Source of the DNA: an uncultured delta proteobacterium
GTDB taxonomy: Bacteria; Desulfobacterota; Binatia; Binatales; Binataceae
Direction of reading: 5' to 3'
Assembly (NCBI GenBank): GCA_963717045.1
Contig: CAVQVD010000010.1
Coordinates: 166,125 to 230,124, forward strand
DNA: 64,000 bases
Within the stretch, counting starts at the first letter, position 1. Each line of letters starts with the position of its first letter. Shown here piece after piece: positions 9,360-19,268 of this stretch. The notes under the pieces are model-generated. The model did not search any database and had not been told where the DNA came from. It saw only the letters and a list, made by a program, of their open reading frames with translations. Made by a program: the position numbers and the translations under genes.

Positions 9360-11878
9360 ATGAGGACGCGACAAGGTGTTCAGCGCAACGTATTCATGGG
9401 TGTGGTGGTTGCGGCGGCTTTCTTGTTGACCGCGGGCGCCGCGTGCGCCCAGCAAATCAACAGCGTGCCGGGGTCGCCCAGCGTCACCGTGACGCTTGAC
9501 GGTAAGCAACTCCCGCCGCCTCCGCTGCCGTTCGGCGGCGTGATCAAGGAAAGTGCCAAAGATTCCAAGCCGTGGTGGCCCCCGCGCGTGGTGCCGCGCA
9601 AGGGTGCGCCCAACGTTCTTCTCATCATGACCGACGACCAGGGATATGGGGTTTCGAGCACCTTCGGCGGGGTCATCGCGACGCCCGCGCTAGATCGTAT
9701 AGCCCAGGCGGGATTGCGTTACACGGAATTCCATTCCACGGCGCTGTGCTCGCCCACGCGCGCGGCATTGATCACCGGCCGCAACCATCATTCGGTAGGC
9801 TTTGGCGTGATCGGTGAGATGTCCACCGGCTACCCAGGGTATGACTCTGTCATCGGGCCGGAGAACGCGACCATCGGCACGATTCTCCGAGACAACGGTT
9901 ATGCCACGTCGTGGTTCGGCAAAAACCATAACACGCCCACCTACCTGTACAGCGAAGCCGGCCCCTTCGACCAATGGCCGGTCGGGATGGGTTTCCAGTA
10001 TTTCTACGGGTATATGGGCGGCGAGACCGACCAGTGGACGCCCTATCTTTATCGCAATACAAGCCCGGTGTTTCCATGGATCGGCAAGCCCGGCTACAAC
10101 CTCACCACCGACCTGGCTGACGATGCCATCAAATATATGAGCGCTCTAAACGCTGCCGCACCCGACACGCCGTTCTTTCTGTACTACGTGCCCGGTGGCA
10201 GCCACTCACCGCACCAGCCGACCAAGGAATGGATCGACAAGTTCAAGGGCAAGTTCGATATGGGCTATGAGAAGCTGCGCGAGCAGATCTTCGCCAACCA
10301 GAAACGGCTTGGCGTGATCCCGCCTGATACCCAGTTAACCCCGTGGCCGGATGGGCAGGCCGCGTATGGTGGCGCGAAGCTGCCGAGGTGGGACTCGCTC
10401 TCGTTGATCCAAAAAAGCTCTACGCGCGCGAGGCCGAGGTCTTCGCAGCCTATACCGCCTATACGGACCATGAGATTGGGCGCGTGATCCAGGAGGTTCA
10501 GGACGAGGGCAAGCTCAACAATACACTAATCATCTACATAGTCGGCGACAATGGCACCAGTGCCGAAGGCACTTTGGAGGGTACGTTCAACCAGATGACC
10601 GCCTACAACGGCATTCTGACGCTCCCGGAGGCCGTGCAGATGTTGCACTACGCGGACTGGGGCTCGGCCAAAACCTACCCGCACATGGCGGTGCAATGGT
10701 CGTGGGCGTTTGATACGCCGTTCAAATGGACCAAGCAGGTAGCGTCGCATTTCGGCGGCACCCGGCAGGGTCTGGCGATTTCATGGCCCGGTCACATCAC
10801 CGATGTCGGTGGCATCCGCTCGCAGTTTCACCATGTCATCGATGTCGTTCCGACCATCCTCGAAGCCACCGGGATCAAGGCCCCTGAAGAGGTCAATGGC
10901 ATCAAGCAGAAGCCGATTGAAGGCGTGAGCATGGCGTACACGTTCGACAAATCAAATGCCAATGCACCGTCGAAGCACGACACTCAATACTTCGAGATGT
11001 TCGCCAACCGCGCGATCTATCATGACGGTTGGATTGCCGCCACGACTCCTCCCGTCGCGCCCTGGATATTAGGGACGGCCAAACTGCCCGACGTTAATGA
11101 CTACAAGTGGGAGCTCTACAACATCGCCGAAGATTATTCCGAGTTTAACGACTTGGCTGCGAAGCAACCCGACAAATTGAAGGATATGCAGACCTTGTTC
11201 CTTGCGGAGGCAAGGAAGTATCAGGTCTTCCCAATCGACAATTCGACCCTGTCGCGGCTAGTGACACCACGACCAAGCGCGGTCGCCGGAAAAACTGTTT
11301 TCACCTACAAGGGTGAGAATGCCGGCATTCCCATAGGTAATGCTCCCAGCATTTTGGACAAGGACTACACCATTACAGCCGACGTGATGATCCCCAAAGG
11401 TGGAGCCGAAGGAATGATCGTGACCCTCGGCGGGCGCTTCGCTGGCTACGGCCTCTACCTGCTCAAGGGCAAACCGGTGTTCGACTACAACCTTCTCGAC
11501 CTCAGGCACTATCGTTGGGAAGGCGGCGTTGGAGGCCACGACTGGTTAGGTGATGGGCTCAAACCGGGAAACCACACGATCGTGTTTGATTTCAAATACG
11601 CCGGGCCTGGCGCGGGAAAAGGTGGCACCGGAGTACTCACGGTTGACGGCAAGGAACTGGCCCGCAAGACGATTCCGCACACGATCCCGTTCCTTATGGC
11701 GATCGATGAATCCTTCGACATTGGGAGCGATACGCGCACCGGTGTGAATGACGATTACAAGCTGCCGTTCCGTTTCACCGGGACCATCAACAAACTGACG
11801 TTCAAGCTCGGGCCCTCGCAGTTGCTGCCGACCGATCAGAAAGCCGCTGAAGATGCCGCGAAGAGCGCGGATAACTAA
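9360..11878 (+). pseudogene. Arylsulfatase (formylglycine-type), reading frame broken once at an A6 run
   Basis: Signal peptide and sulfatase signature LCSPTRAALITGRNHH. ORF 9360..10487 and ORF 10343..11878 are the N- and C-terminal parts of one sulfatase. Frames join as ..RWDSLSLIQK|KLYAREAEVFAAYTAYTDHEIGRV if the A-run at 10412-10417 had one more A. Confidence 0.8.
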
Positions 11879-11900
11879 ACCCCGTACGCCCATATTCGCG

Positions 11901-11930
11901 AGGCAGGCAGTCCACACGGATCGCCTGCCT
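11901..11930 (+). terminator. Stem-loop after the arylsulfatase gene (8-bp perfect stem, 14-nt loop)
   Basis: AGGCAGGC(11901-08)...GCCTGCCT(11923-30). No U-tract follows, so terminator function is uncertain. Confidence 0.25.
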
Positions 11931-11933
11931 CGC

Positions 11934-12360
11934 ATGCGAAACTCGATGAACCGTTTGCTGACAATCACCGCCGTTATCGAAACGGACACCGGGCTAGCAT
12001 TGTTGGTTGTACCTGCCGCCATCGTTCGGCTGCTGCTCGCTGCTCCGCTTGAGACAGCCGCCGCAATAGCGCTGGGGCGCGGGGAGGTGCGGGCTCCTAG
12101 CGCTGGGTTTCGCCTGCTCGCTTGCGCGCGTCGACATACAAACTCGCACCGCGAGAGGATTGGTCGCGGCGATGGTGCTCTACAATCTCGGCGCATCCAT
12201 CGTCCTTGGGGCCGACGGCATTGGGTCACAGCCAGTCGGCATCGCCTTGTGGCCGGCGGTCGTACTGCACGCGGCGATGACCGTCTGGTGCATCGCGAGT
12301 CTTCTCGGCGGAAACGCGGCGCACGCCACGAACATGAAACCTGCAACAACTGAACGGTGA
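11934..12360 (+). pseudogene. Small multi-TM membrane protein, frame broken in a G-run
   Basis: Frame 0 gives M(RNS)MNRLLTITAVIETDTGLALLVVPAAIVRLLLAAPLETAAAIALG. Frame 1 continues AGRCGLLALGFACSLARVDIQTRTARGLVAAMVLYNLG...WPAVVLHAAMTVWCIASLL. Together this resembles a conserved small membrane-protein family. The junction is at G4 runs 12074-77 / 12081-84. Confidence 0.4.
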
Positions 12361-12374
12361 TGGAGGAAACCGCC

Positions 12375-12659
12375 ATGAGTACACGATACCTATTAGCGCT
12401 TGTCCCCTCGATGCTACTGTTCGCCGGAGTCGCCAACGCTCAGCATCCAATGCTGGACGCGGCGGCCAACCGAGTCGTTCAGAAATACCAGCAATCATCA
12501 TGTGATCAGTTGTGGCAGCAGAGGGGCCAGCCAAAATCGCAGAGGCAACAGGAAGCCATACAACTTCTGCGCGACGACCCGCAGCTGCGCGCCGCCTTTA
12601 TCGACAAAGTAGCGGCGCCCATAGCCAACAAGATGTTTCAATGCGGCATGATCCCATGA
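12375..12659 (+). CDS. Small secreted hypothetical protein (94 aa, two Cys)
   Basis: GGAGGA RBS 7 nt before ATG 12375. Signal peptide MSTRYLLALVPSMLLFAGVANA/QH. Confidence 0.55.
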   Translation: MSTRYLLALVPSMLLFAGVANAQHPMLDAAANRVVQKYQQSSCDQLWQQRGQPKSQRQQEAIQLLRDDPQLRAAFIDKVAAPIANKMFQCGMIP

Positions 12660-12721
12660 TTGTCGCCCGGCGTGCGAGCGCGTCATCGCCAGCAATGATC
12701 ATATAGAGGAGCCGAGTACGC

Positions 12722-14191
12722 GTGGCGGAAATCGGAAGAGTTCCTTTCGGACGTACTGTGGCGGGAATTACCCGTCGCGATTTTGTGCGAAGCGCGCTGG
12801 CTTCCTCGGCGTTGTTCGGCCTCGGATGCGGTTCGGGTAGCAACTACACACCACCTACTCAGCCGCCATCGGCCTGCGGCCCTATCGATTGCGCAATCGT
12901 GGGGGCGGGAATTGGAGGCCTCGGCGCAGCGAGCGCGTTGATCGCCGCGGGGAAGAACGTGATCGTGCTCGAGGCGCGCGGCCGCGTCGGCGGACGAGCG
13001 TTCAGCGACAACAGTTTCGCAACGCCCGTGGACCTTGGCGCCGAATGGTTCAACTTCGTGACCCCGCTTAGCGGCGGAAGCCGGGGACAGACCAACAACG
13101 CGCTGTTCGATATCGCGGCTAGCCGCGGACTGCAAGCGGTCGCCGACACTTTTCCGCGGGTCTTCTACGACATTACGCCTCCGCCGACGCCGCTGCCGCC
13201 GAGCGATCCCAACGTAATCGCCGCCGAGGCAAAGTTTGTTTCGACGCTCGCGCTTATCAATGCAGCGGCAGCCTCGAGCCCCGATATTTCGGCAGCGGCG
13301 GCGACCGCGTCGCTTGCCAATGATAAGTGGTACAAGTTTGGCGCGGGCATCCTAAGCACCCTGCACGGCGCCGATTTGGACGTGCTGAGCTCGCTCGACC
13401 TGTTCAACCTGACGCAGCTCGGGCTGCCGATCACGGTTCCTTCCACTGATAATCGCCTCCTCCCGAGCGGGATGGGTAACTTCATTTCCACTTTCGCCAA
13501 CGGGGTGCCGGTCAAGTTGAACACGCCGGTGAGTTCGATCAGCTGGGACAATCCCTGCGGCGTCCAGATCACCACGCCCGCAGGAATCGTTAGTGCCAGG
13601 ACCGCGATTGTCACCGTGCCGTTGAGCGTTCTCGCGTCCGAGCGGCTGACCTTCAGTCCCGTACTGCCTTCGCCGCATCAGGATGCGATCAGCAGCCTGC
13701 CGATTGGCGTGGTCGAGAAAATCGCGCTCCAGTTCAACAAGGACATCTTCAACGTAGGAACGATTAACACTCTCGCGACACCACTGGTCGACAAAGTCGC
13801 CAACACTTTCGTGCAGGCGCAGTTGTGGGGAAAACACGTTGGAATGTGCATCGTTGGCGGCGACCTCGCGAGAGACCTCGACGCGGCTGGCAGCACGGCG
13901 CTCATCGACCATGCGCTCGCCACGATGGTGTCGATGTTCGGAAGCGCAGTCAGCGCGGCTTTTGTGAGAGGCCAAAGTTCGTCGTGGCTGAGCGATCCAT
14001 ATAGCCTTGGCGCTTACACGTATGCCTTGCCCGGAGCGGTGCCGTTGCGCACGGCGCTGGCGACGCCGGTTGGCAATCAGGTTTTCTTTGCCGGCGAGGC
14101 ACTATCAATTCTTAAACACGGCTCCTTGCCCGGGGCATACGATTCCGGGCAGGTCGCCGCGCGGCTGGTGCTCGCAGCGCTCGCAAGCTGA
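12722..14191 (+). CDS. Tat-exported FAD-dependent amine oxidase family protein
   Basis: Twin-arginine motif TRRDFVRSAL and dinucleotide-binding motif IVGAGIGGLGAA...VLEARGRVGGR. C-terminal ..VFFAGEA.. is typical of flavin amine oxidases. GTG start. Confidence 0.8.
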   Translation: MAEIGRVPFGRTVAGITRRDFVRSALASSALFGLGCGSGSNYTPPTQPPSACGPIDCAIVGAGIGGLGAASALIAAGKNVIVLEARGRVGGRAFSDNSFATPVDLGAEWFNFVTPLSGGSRGQTNNALFDIAASRGLQAVADTFPRVFYDITPPPTPLPPSDPNVIAAEAKFVSTLALINAAAASSPDISAAAATASLANDKWYKFGAGILSTLHGADLDVLSSLDLFNLTQLGLPITVPSTDNRLLPSGMGNFISTFANGVPVKLNTPVSSISWDNPCGVQITTPAGIVSARTAIVTVPLSVLASERLTFSPVLPSPHQDAISSLPIGVVEKIALQFNKDIFNVGTINTLATPLVDKVANTFVQAQLWGKHVGMCIVGGDLARDLDAAGSTALIDHALATMVSMFGSAVSAAFVRGQSSSWLSDPYSLGAYTYALPGAVPLRTALATPVGNQVFFAGEALSILKHGSLPGAYDSGQVAARLVLAALAS

Positions 14192-14213
14192 GAGCACGAG
14201 GGGAGGGAAATCA

Positions 14214-15530
14214 GTGATAATGCGTTCCACACACAGGTTCAGCTTTGCCGCGCACGTGGTCGCGGCGATTTGCGTGGTGTTTGCAGCAGCCGTTGCGGCG
14301 CCATCGATTGCCTGGAGCGCCGGGATCATGTTGTACGAGCAGGGCACCCCGGATGTCGGACTGGCGTCGGCCGGCCAGGGCGCTCGCGCGCAAGATGCGG
14401 GAACGGTCTTTACCAATCCCGCCGGGATGACGCAGCTCAAGGATTCGCAACTACTCGCCGGAATTGTGCCGAACTTTGGCAATTTCACCTTCAGCCCCAA
14501 CGCCAAGACTACTCTCAAGGGTACCAACGGTGGCAACGCCGCGGTGCCGCTGCCCGGCGGAAGCTTCTTTTACGTTCACAGTCTCACGCCGAATCTGAAG
14601 TTGGGGTTCGGCAGCTACTCATATTTCGGCGCGCCCTTGGAATACAACAAGAACTGGGTCGGCAGATATCGCCTGCAAGGCGCGACTATGCTCGGGTTGT
14701 CATTTCAACCGTCGCTCGCGTTTCGAGCGGCGGACTGGCTATCAATCGGTGGCGGTCCCAACGTGATGGTGGGATTTCTGCGCAACAAGGCCGGTATCAA
14801 CACTCTCAACCCCAGGCTCGGCGACGGACAGGTCAGATACCAGAACTGGACCGTGAACGTCGGCGGCAACGTCGGGATACTGCTCACGCCGCGCGATGGG
14901 ACGCGGATAGGAATCGACTATCTCACCCCGGTCAATCTGAATTTCAGCGACGCGCCGCATTTCGTAGGCCTGGGGCCGCTGGTGACCAGGGCGATCAGCA
15001 ACGACAAGCTCCGCTCGCCAAAAACAAATCTAGGACTGCAAGTGCCGCAGCAACTCATGGGCGACGTTTATCAGAAAATCACCGAACGCTGGGCGTTGCT
15101 CGGCAGCGTCGGCTGGCAGAACTGGAGCCAGTTCGGGCTCGTGGACATCAGCATCAATACCAGGAATCCCAGGAGCCTGAGCAAGAATCTGCACTTCCAG
15201 GATACGTTCCACATCGCGGCCGGCTCGCAGTACCAGCTTATGCCGCAGTGGATGCTGTCGTGCGGGTTTGCGTTCGACAATTCGGCCGTCGGCACCCCGA
15301 TGCGCACCGTGAGTCTTCCGGTCGGCGATCAGTACCGTTTCGGGGCAGGTGTGCAGTACGCGTACAGCAAGAAAGTCACACTCGGGTTCGCGGAAGAGTT
15401 TATGTACATGGGCGAAATGCCGCTCTATCAGAGTGGAGGTCCGGTTCTGGGCACGGTGTCGGGCCAGTTCACCAATGCGTATATCAACTTCTTCACCCTG
15501 AACATGATCTACAGGTTCGGAATCGAGTGA
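14214..15530 (+). CDS. FadL/OmpP1/TodX-family outer-membrane hydrophobic-compound channel
   Basis: Signal peptide, then N-terminal GIMLYEQGTPDVGLASAGQGARAQDAGTVFTNPAGMT typical of FadL-like proteins. Beta-strand pattern throughout. Start is GTG 14214 or ATG 14220, after GAGGGGAGGG. Confidence 0.75.
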   Translation: MIMRSTHRFSFAAHVVAAICVVFAAAVAAPSIAWSAGIMLYEQGTPDVGLASAGQGARAQDAGTVFTNPAGMTQLKDSQLLAGIVPNFGNFTFSPNAKTTLKGTNGGNAAVPLPGGSFFYVHSLTPNLKLGFGSYSYFGAPLEYNKNWVGRYRLQGATMLGLSFQPSLAFRAADWLSIGGGPNVMVGFLRNKAGINTLNPRLGDGQVRYQNWTVNVGGNVGILLTPRDGTRIGIDYLTPVNLNFSDAPHFVGLGPLVTRAISNDKLRSPKTNLGLQVPQQLMGDVYQKITERWALLGSVGWQNWSQFGLVDISINTRNPRSLSKNLHFQDTFHIAAGSQYQLMPQWMLSCGFAFDNSAVGTPMRTVSLPVGDQYRFGAGVQYAYSKKVTLGFAEEFMYMGEMPLYQSGGPVLGTVSGQFTNAYINFFTLNMIYRFGIE

Positions 15531-15763
15531 ACTCATCAAAAGCCAGCAGCGACTTGGCGGTATCAGATGCACGGATGAAACCCCTTGAGGTACATAGAGT
15601 GTAATTGCGCCGACCGCGCCCGCGTATCATCAGGTTTTCTTTGCGGTAGATGCGAGAGGTTCTTGCGGTTTATCACATAGCCTTCTCGCCAAGGATCCGC
15701 TTGTCGCCACGCCGCGATCTTCAACTTGGCATCGTCGAAACAATCAAGAGAGAATGGAAGAAG

Positions 15764-16501
15764 ATGATGCAAAAAGCAGCAACAGCAATCGTGACCGGCG
15801 CATCGGGTGGCATCGGTAAAGGCATCGCAGAACGTCTGGCAGCGGACGGCTTTTCAGTCGTCGTGCATTACGGGGGAAACGCCGCCAAGGCAGAAGAAGT
15901 CGTCAAGGGCATCGAACATGCCGGCGGCAAGGCTATCGCTGTGGGCGCAGATATCTCGAAGGTGATTGAGGTCCAGCAGCTTTTTGAGAAAGCGAAGGCG
16001 ACGTTTGGAGACTTGACCGTTGTCGTGAATAGCGCAGGCATCATGACGCTCGCTCCGATCGTGAAGGGCGACGTCGACGCGTTCGACAAAATAATCGCGA
16101 CGAACCTTCGTGGCAGCTATCTGATCATGAGCGAGGCTGCGAATCACGTCGTCGACGGCGGCCGGATCATCGTTTTCTCGAGCAGTGTGCTGGGAAAAAA
16201 TTTTCCGTCGTATGGCGCGTACATAGCTTCAAAGGCGGGCGTCGAAGGTCTTACGCGGGTTCTGGCAAATGAGCTCGGTCAACGAAAGATCACTGTCAAT
16301 GCGGTAGCGCCCGGACCGGTCGCGACCGAACTCTTCCTGAAGGGGAAAAGCGAGGAGCTGATCGCAGAAATTGCCAAGATGGGACCCCTCGGGCGCATCG
16401 GCGAAGTAGATGACATCGTCGGCGTCGTAGCCTTCCTGGTCGGTCGCGCGGGCGGCTGGGTCAACGGACAAATCATCCGCGTCAACGGCGGTTACGCCTG
16501 A
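15764..16501 (+). CDS. SDR-family oxidoreductase (FabG-like)
   Basis: TGASGGIGKG cofactor motif, NSAG, and catalytic YIASK. Internal ATG 15764 of ORF 15650..16501. Confidence 0.85.
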   Translation: MMQKAATAIVTGASGGIGKGIAERLAADGFSVVVHYGGNAAKAEEVVKGIEHAGGKAIAVGADISKVIEVQQLFEKAKATFGDLTVVVNSAGIMTLAPIVKGDVDAFDKIIATNLRGSYLIMSEAANHVVDGGRIIVFSSSVLGKNFPSYGAYIASKAGVEGLTRVLANELGQRKITVNAVAPGPVATELFLKGKSEELIAEIAKMGPLGRIGEVDDIVGVVAFLVGRAGGWVNGQIIRVNGGYA

Positions 16502-16635
16502 ACGGGATCGTGTTGCGACACGCTCCCACCAGCAAGCGGATTCACAGCGACTTTGTTACGGGCGCCCGCTCGTTCCGTTGGCCACTGACATTAAGGAGGA
16601 CCTTGGTCTCCGGCATTTAGCGCGGCCGTTTCGTT

Positions 16636-17199
16636 TCAGACGATTGCCTGGTTCGAGTGCCGGCCCGAATCGTCGTGAACTTTGGGAGACTCGAAGAACA
16701 GTGCCCGAAGCCCACCTTCGCCCAGGCGTTTATCGATCTCTGACAACACGAAGTAGATTGCAAACACGAGGCTTATTCCGAGTGCCCAAGCGAAAAGCCG
16801 ATAAACATTCGCGTGGGCACTCACGTATCGGACCGCTGCGCCGAAATTGTGCACCCGATGTAACGCGTCCAGAATTCGTTCCATATAACCCAGCAGCAGT
16901 GTGATGCAGCCGTATAAGATGGTCTTAACAGCGACTGCAACGATCCGGCGATACTGCTCAAGACGGCGCGCAAGCGGCGTCTCGTCAAGTATGAGCGCCG
17001 CCTTGGCAGCCAACAGGGCGCCGATGACGGCTTTGGAAAGTGCTGTCACCTCGATGGAGAAGTTCGCAAGCGCCAACTTGATGAGCAGAAGCAAGAGCAG
17101 GAATCCGACCAAAAAAAAGAGAAATACCGGCCAAGCCGCGACGAGCTCACGACGGAGAAATTTGCCGACGGAAGCAAATATGCGTGACACATTGCCCAT
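16636..17199 (-). CDS. Hypothetical multi-TM membrane protein
   Basis: 187-aa ORF with 4-5 hydrophobic helices. I recognise no family. Confidence 0.45.
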   Translation of the reverse strand: MGNVSRIFASVGKFLRRELVAAWPVFLFFLVGFLLLLLLIKLALANFSIEVTALSKAVIGALLAAKAALILDETPLARRLEQYRRIVAVAVKTILYGCITLLLGYMERILDALHRVHNFGAAVRYVSAHANVYRLFAWALGISLVFAIYFVLSEIDKRLGEGGLRALFFESPKVHDDSGRHSNQAIV

Positions 17200-17257
17200 G
17201 TAAATCGTCTTGTCCCCGTTGAGAGCTAGTGGCCACTGCCGCCCGGCTGCTGCTTGT

Positions 17258-17566
17258 TCAGGACTTGTTCGATTCGCCGAACCTGCGTGGCATTTCGTTC
17301 AAACGGCTGATCCAGATGAATCCGAACGGGTGCGCCGCTGCGTGCTCATCCGTCGGAAACACGATGACCTTTCGATCCTCGACCTTTCGATCTTCGCACG
17401 ACCTCTCCGATCGCATCGTGCAACGGCCCTCGAACATCGCACCCTTACGTACTACTAGATGGGGCGCGGTCAGTTTGCCCAGCACCTTGGCGAAGGGACT
17501 AAGCTCGATACGCTGGGTTGCGATGATCTCGCACAGCTTGGCGCGGCGGTGCGACCTTGCCCTCAT
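17258..17566 (-). CDS. Unassigned ORF, possibly part of a decayed gene
   Basis: 102-aa ORF containing a 15-nt tandem duplication (EDRKV x2). Neighbouring minus-strand frames (to about 17770) also hold protein-like stretches without proper starts. Confidence 0.2.
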   Translation of the reverse strand: MRARSHRRAKLCEIIATQRIELSPFAKVLGKLTAPHLVVRKGAMFEGRCTMRSERSCEDRKVEDRKVIVFPTDEHAAAHPFGFIWISRLNEMPRRFGESNKS

Positions 17567-17770
17567 TCACCGCAGAGGACTGTCGCGGCAACGAATTAGT
17601 CTGGTTTGGCTGCGACGCTAAACTGCGAGATTTGCGATAATAGGCCGCGCCGCCAGTATTCAGGCAACGCATCACGAACGATTTGCTGATCATCGTCAAT
17701 CCGCTCCGTGCCCTCTCGCTCAGATTCATCCGGTTTTCCAGTCGGCGCTATTGTACTTTGGTACAAGTCG

Positions 17771-17925
17771 ATGCGTTGTTCAAAGTGTAAATTCCCCTCT
17801 TTGTCGACGGCTCCTAATTATTCGTGTCACACCCGAGCAGCCAGACGCTTCGACGACAGCCGAAAGTGAGCGCAAGATGGTCACGGCGCTGTTCGCTGAC
17901 GTTAATGGATCAACGGAGCGGCGAA
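17771..17925 (+). pseudogene. Truncated remnant of a zinc-ribbon/class III cyclase gene (fourth copy of the family at 48279, 63363)
   Basis: MRCSKCKF... zinc-ribbon-like start ends at TGA 17867-69. The next frame reads SERKMVTALFADVNGSTE, matching ERKTVTALFADIKGSTE of the intact-looking paralogs. Similarity then stops. Confidence 0.45.
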
Positions 17926-18025
17926 CTAGAAAAACCCTAAGCCTTTTTACTGCGCCGTTCGCCTTAAGCCTGGCACAGGAGTAACCGTGGCTGGCGTCTT
18001 AGCGACGCAAGGGAGGACACTGGCA

Positions 18026-18622
18026 ATGAAAAAGCTTTTAGTGTTCTTGGTCGCCGCTTTCGTCTTAGTCATGAGTCAGGGTCTCAGGGAAGTCGCCGCA
18101 GGTGACGCGGGTGATGATGAGGGCGTTCCTCTTAAAGCACTCGCCGGTAAGTACTCGGACACGGCTCAAGGATCTTTTGCCCTTTGCCTTGATCCTAAAA
18201 ACAATTTCGCGCTGATAAGTTGCGCCGATGCGAAAGCGGTAGTCTTTCCGACAACTGTAGTTGATGTGGGAAACGAAACGGACGATAAAAAGGGAAACTC
18301 GTGTGAAACATACACGGAGACCGACTCCGACCTCCCCCCCGACCTTAGTCCCCCCTTTGTCGCCGTATTTCAAACTGTTGGCACAGTTAAGAGTTACGAC
18401 CCCGCGACGGGATCGGGTGACGGCACTTTTACCAGCTACAGTGGCGGGAAGTGCGTAGGTGCGAGTTTCAACAGCACCGGCGCGACCGTCAATAGCACTG
18501 GCACCTTTCACTTCGTGGTCGGCAATGGCGGGAAGCGCGTAGACTTCCTTGCGACGTCGCTCACCGACCCATCGGGATCGATTGGCGATTTCTCTTTTTC
18601 TGGTACCAACCTGCGACAATAG
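18026..18622 (+). CDS. Secreted hypothetical protein (198 aa, Cys-containing, T/S/G-rich)
   Basis: GGGAGGA RBS before ATG 18026. Signal peptide MKKLLVFLVAAFVLVMS. Locally A/T-richer sequence. Confidence 0.55.
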   Translation: MKKLLVFLVAAFVLVMSQGLREVAAGDAGDDEGVPLKALAGKYSDTAQGSFALCLDPKNNFALISCADAKAVVFPTTVVDVGNETDDKKGNSCETYTETDSDLPPDLSPPFVAVFQTVGTVKSYDPATGSGDGTFTSYSGGKCVGASFNSTGATVNSTGTFHFVVGNGGKRVDFLATSLTDPSGSIGDFSFSGTNLRQ

Positions 18623-18642
18623 CAGCCTGATTCGTTGTCAAA

Positions 18643-18679
18643 GACGCGCTCCTCTCAACGTACCCGAGAGGGGCGCGTC
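18643..18679 (+). terminator. 14-bp GC-rich hairpin immediately after CDS 18026..18622
   Basis: GACGCGCTCCTCTC / GAGAGGGGCGCGTC (one G-U pair) with a 9-nt loop. Only a weak T-rich tail follows. Confidence 0.35.
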
Positions 18680-18971
18680 CGATTCCTTCGATGCGCGCGC
18701 GGCACCAAACGGCGCGCGCCGTCGCAGCATCCGTTACGCACCGCCGTGCCGCCGTCAAACGCTGTCCGCTGAGAGACAAGTCGAATCGGAAAAGCGATCA
18801 GTCAGGTTTACCCGGTTGTGTCTCTCAAAAATAGGTGACAAAATACCCAGCAATTATAGAGAGGTTCTACTCTCTTCTATCACAGAGAACAATGAGTATG
18901 ACGCTTTTTGGAGTATAGCACTTCTTGCACACGGCACGAGGGTTTCGCGCGAATTGTGACTATATTTTGGA

Positions 18972-19050
18972 GGTCCGTAATTTTCAGTGGTATCAATTCC
19001 CTGGGACTACGGAAATCAGAGGGACGGAGGTTCAAATCCCTCACGGCCCG
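18972..19050 (+). other. tRNA-like fragment (D-loop-like CAGTGGTA, T-arm GGAGG-TTCAAAT-CCCTC, acceptor 3' strand), not a functional tRNA
   Basis: Canonical GGTTCAAATCC T-loop at 19029-19039. The putative acceptor GGTCCGT/ACGGCCC has a mismatch, the T-stem has an A-C mismatch, and no anticodon stem can be folded. Confidence 0.25.
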
Positions 19051-19268
19051 TCATTTTTTCACTTCGGCAAGAGATCGTTGACTTGTAGGTGACTTCACAT
19101 GGCAAATCCAACCAATTGGTTGATCTTCGAACTGGGATTTTTGGCCGTAATATTTGTGGTGGGGCTCTTCGTAGCTCGCGCGGCCAACCAAGAAGATAAA
19201 TAATGTGTATGCCGGCGGATAAAAATGCCGGCGGATAGTTGGCGTCCTATCCTCCCAATTCCTCCCGA

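Noticed and set aside
11546-12436. 296-aa minus-strand ORF spanning the arylsulfatase 3' end and the small membrane gene
   Set aside because: The sequence is R/A/S/P-rich with no recognisable features, and it overlaps two plus-strand genes that have family-like sequences.
18820-19050. tmRNA or functional tRNA gene in the AT-rich gap
   Set aside because: There is no matching 5' acceptor strand, no anticodon arm, no tag-peptide reading frame and no CCA-compatible end. Only a T-arm-like fragment is present.
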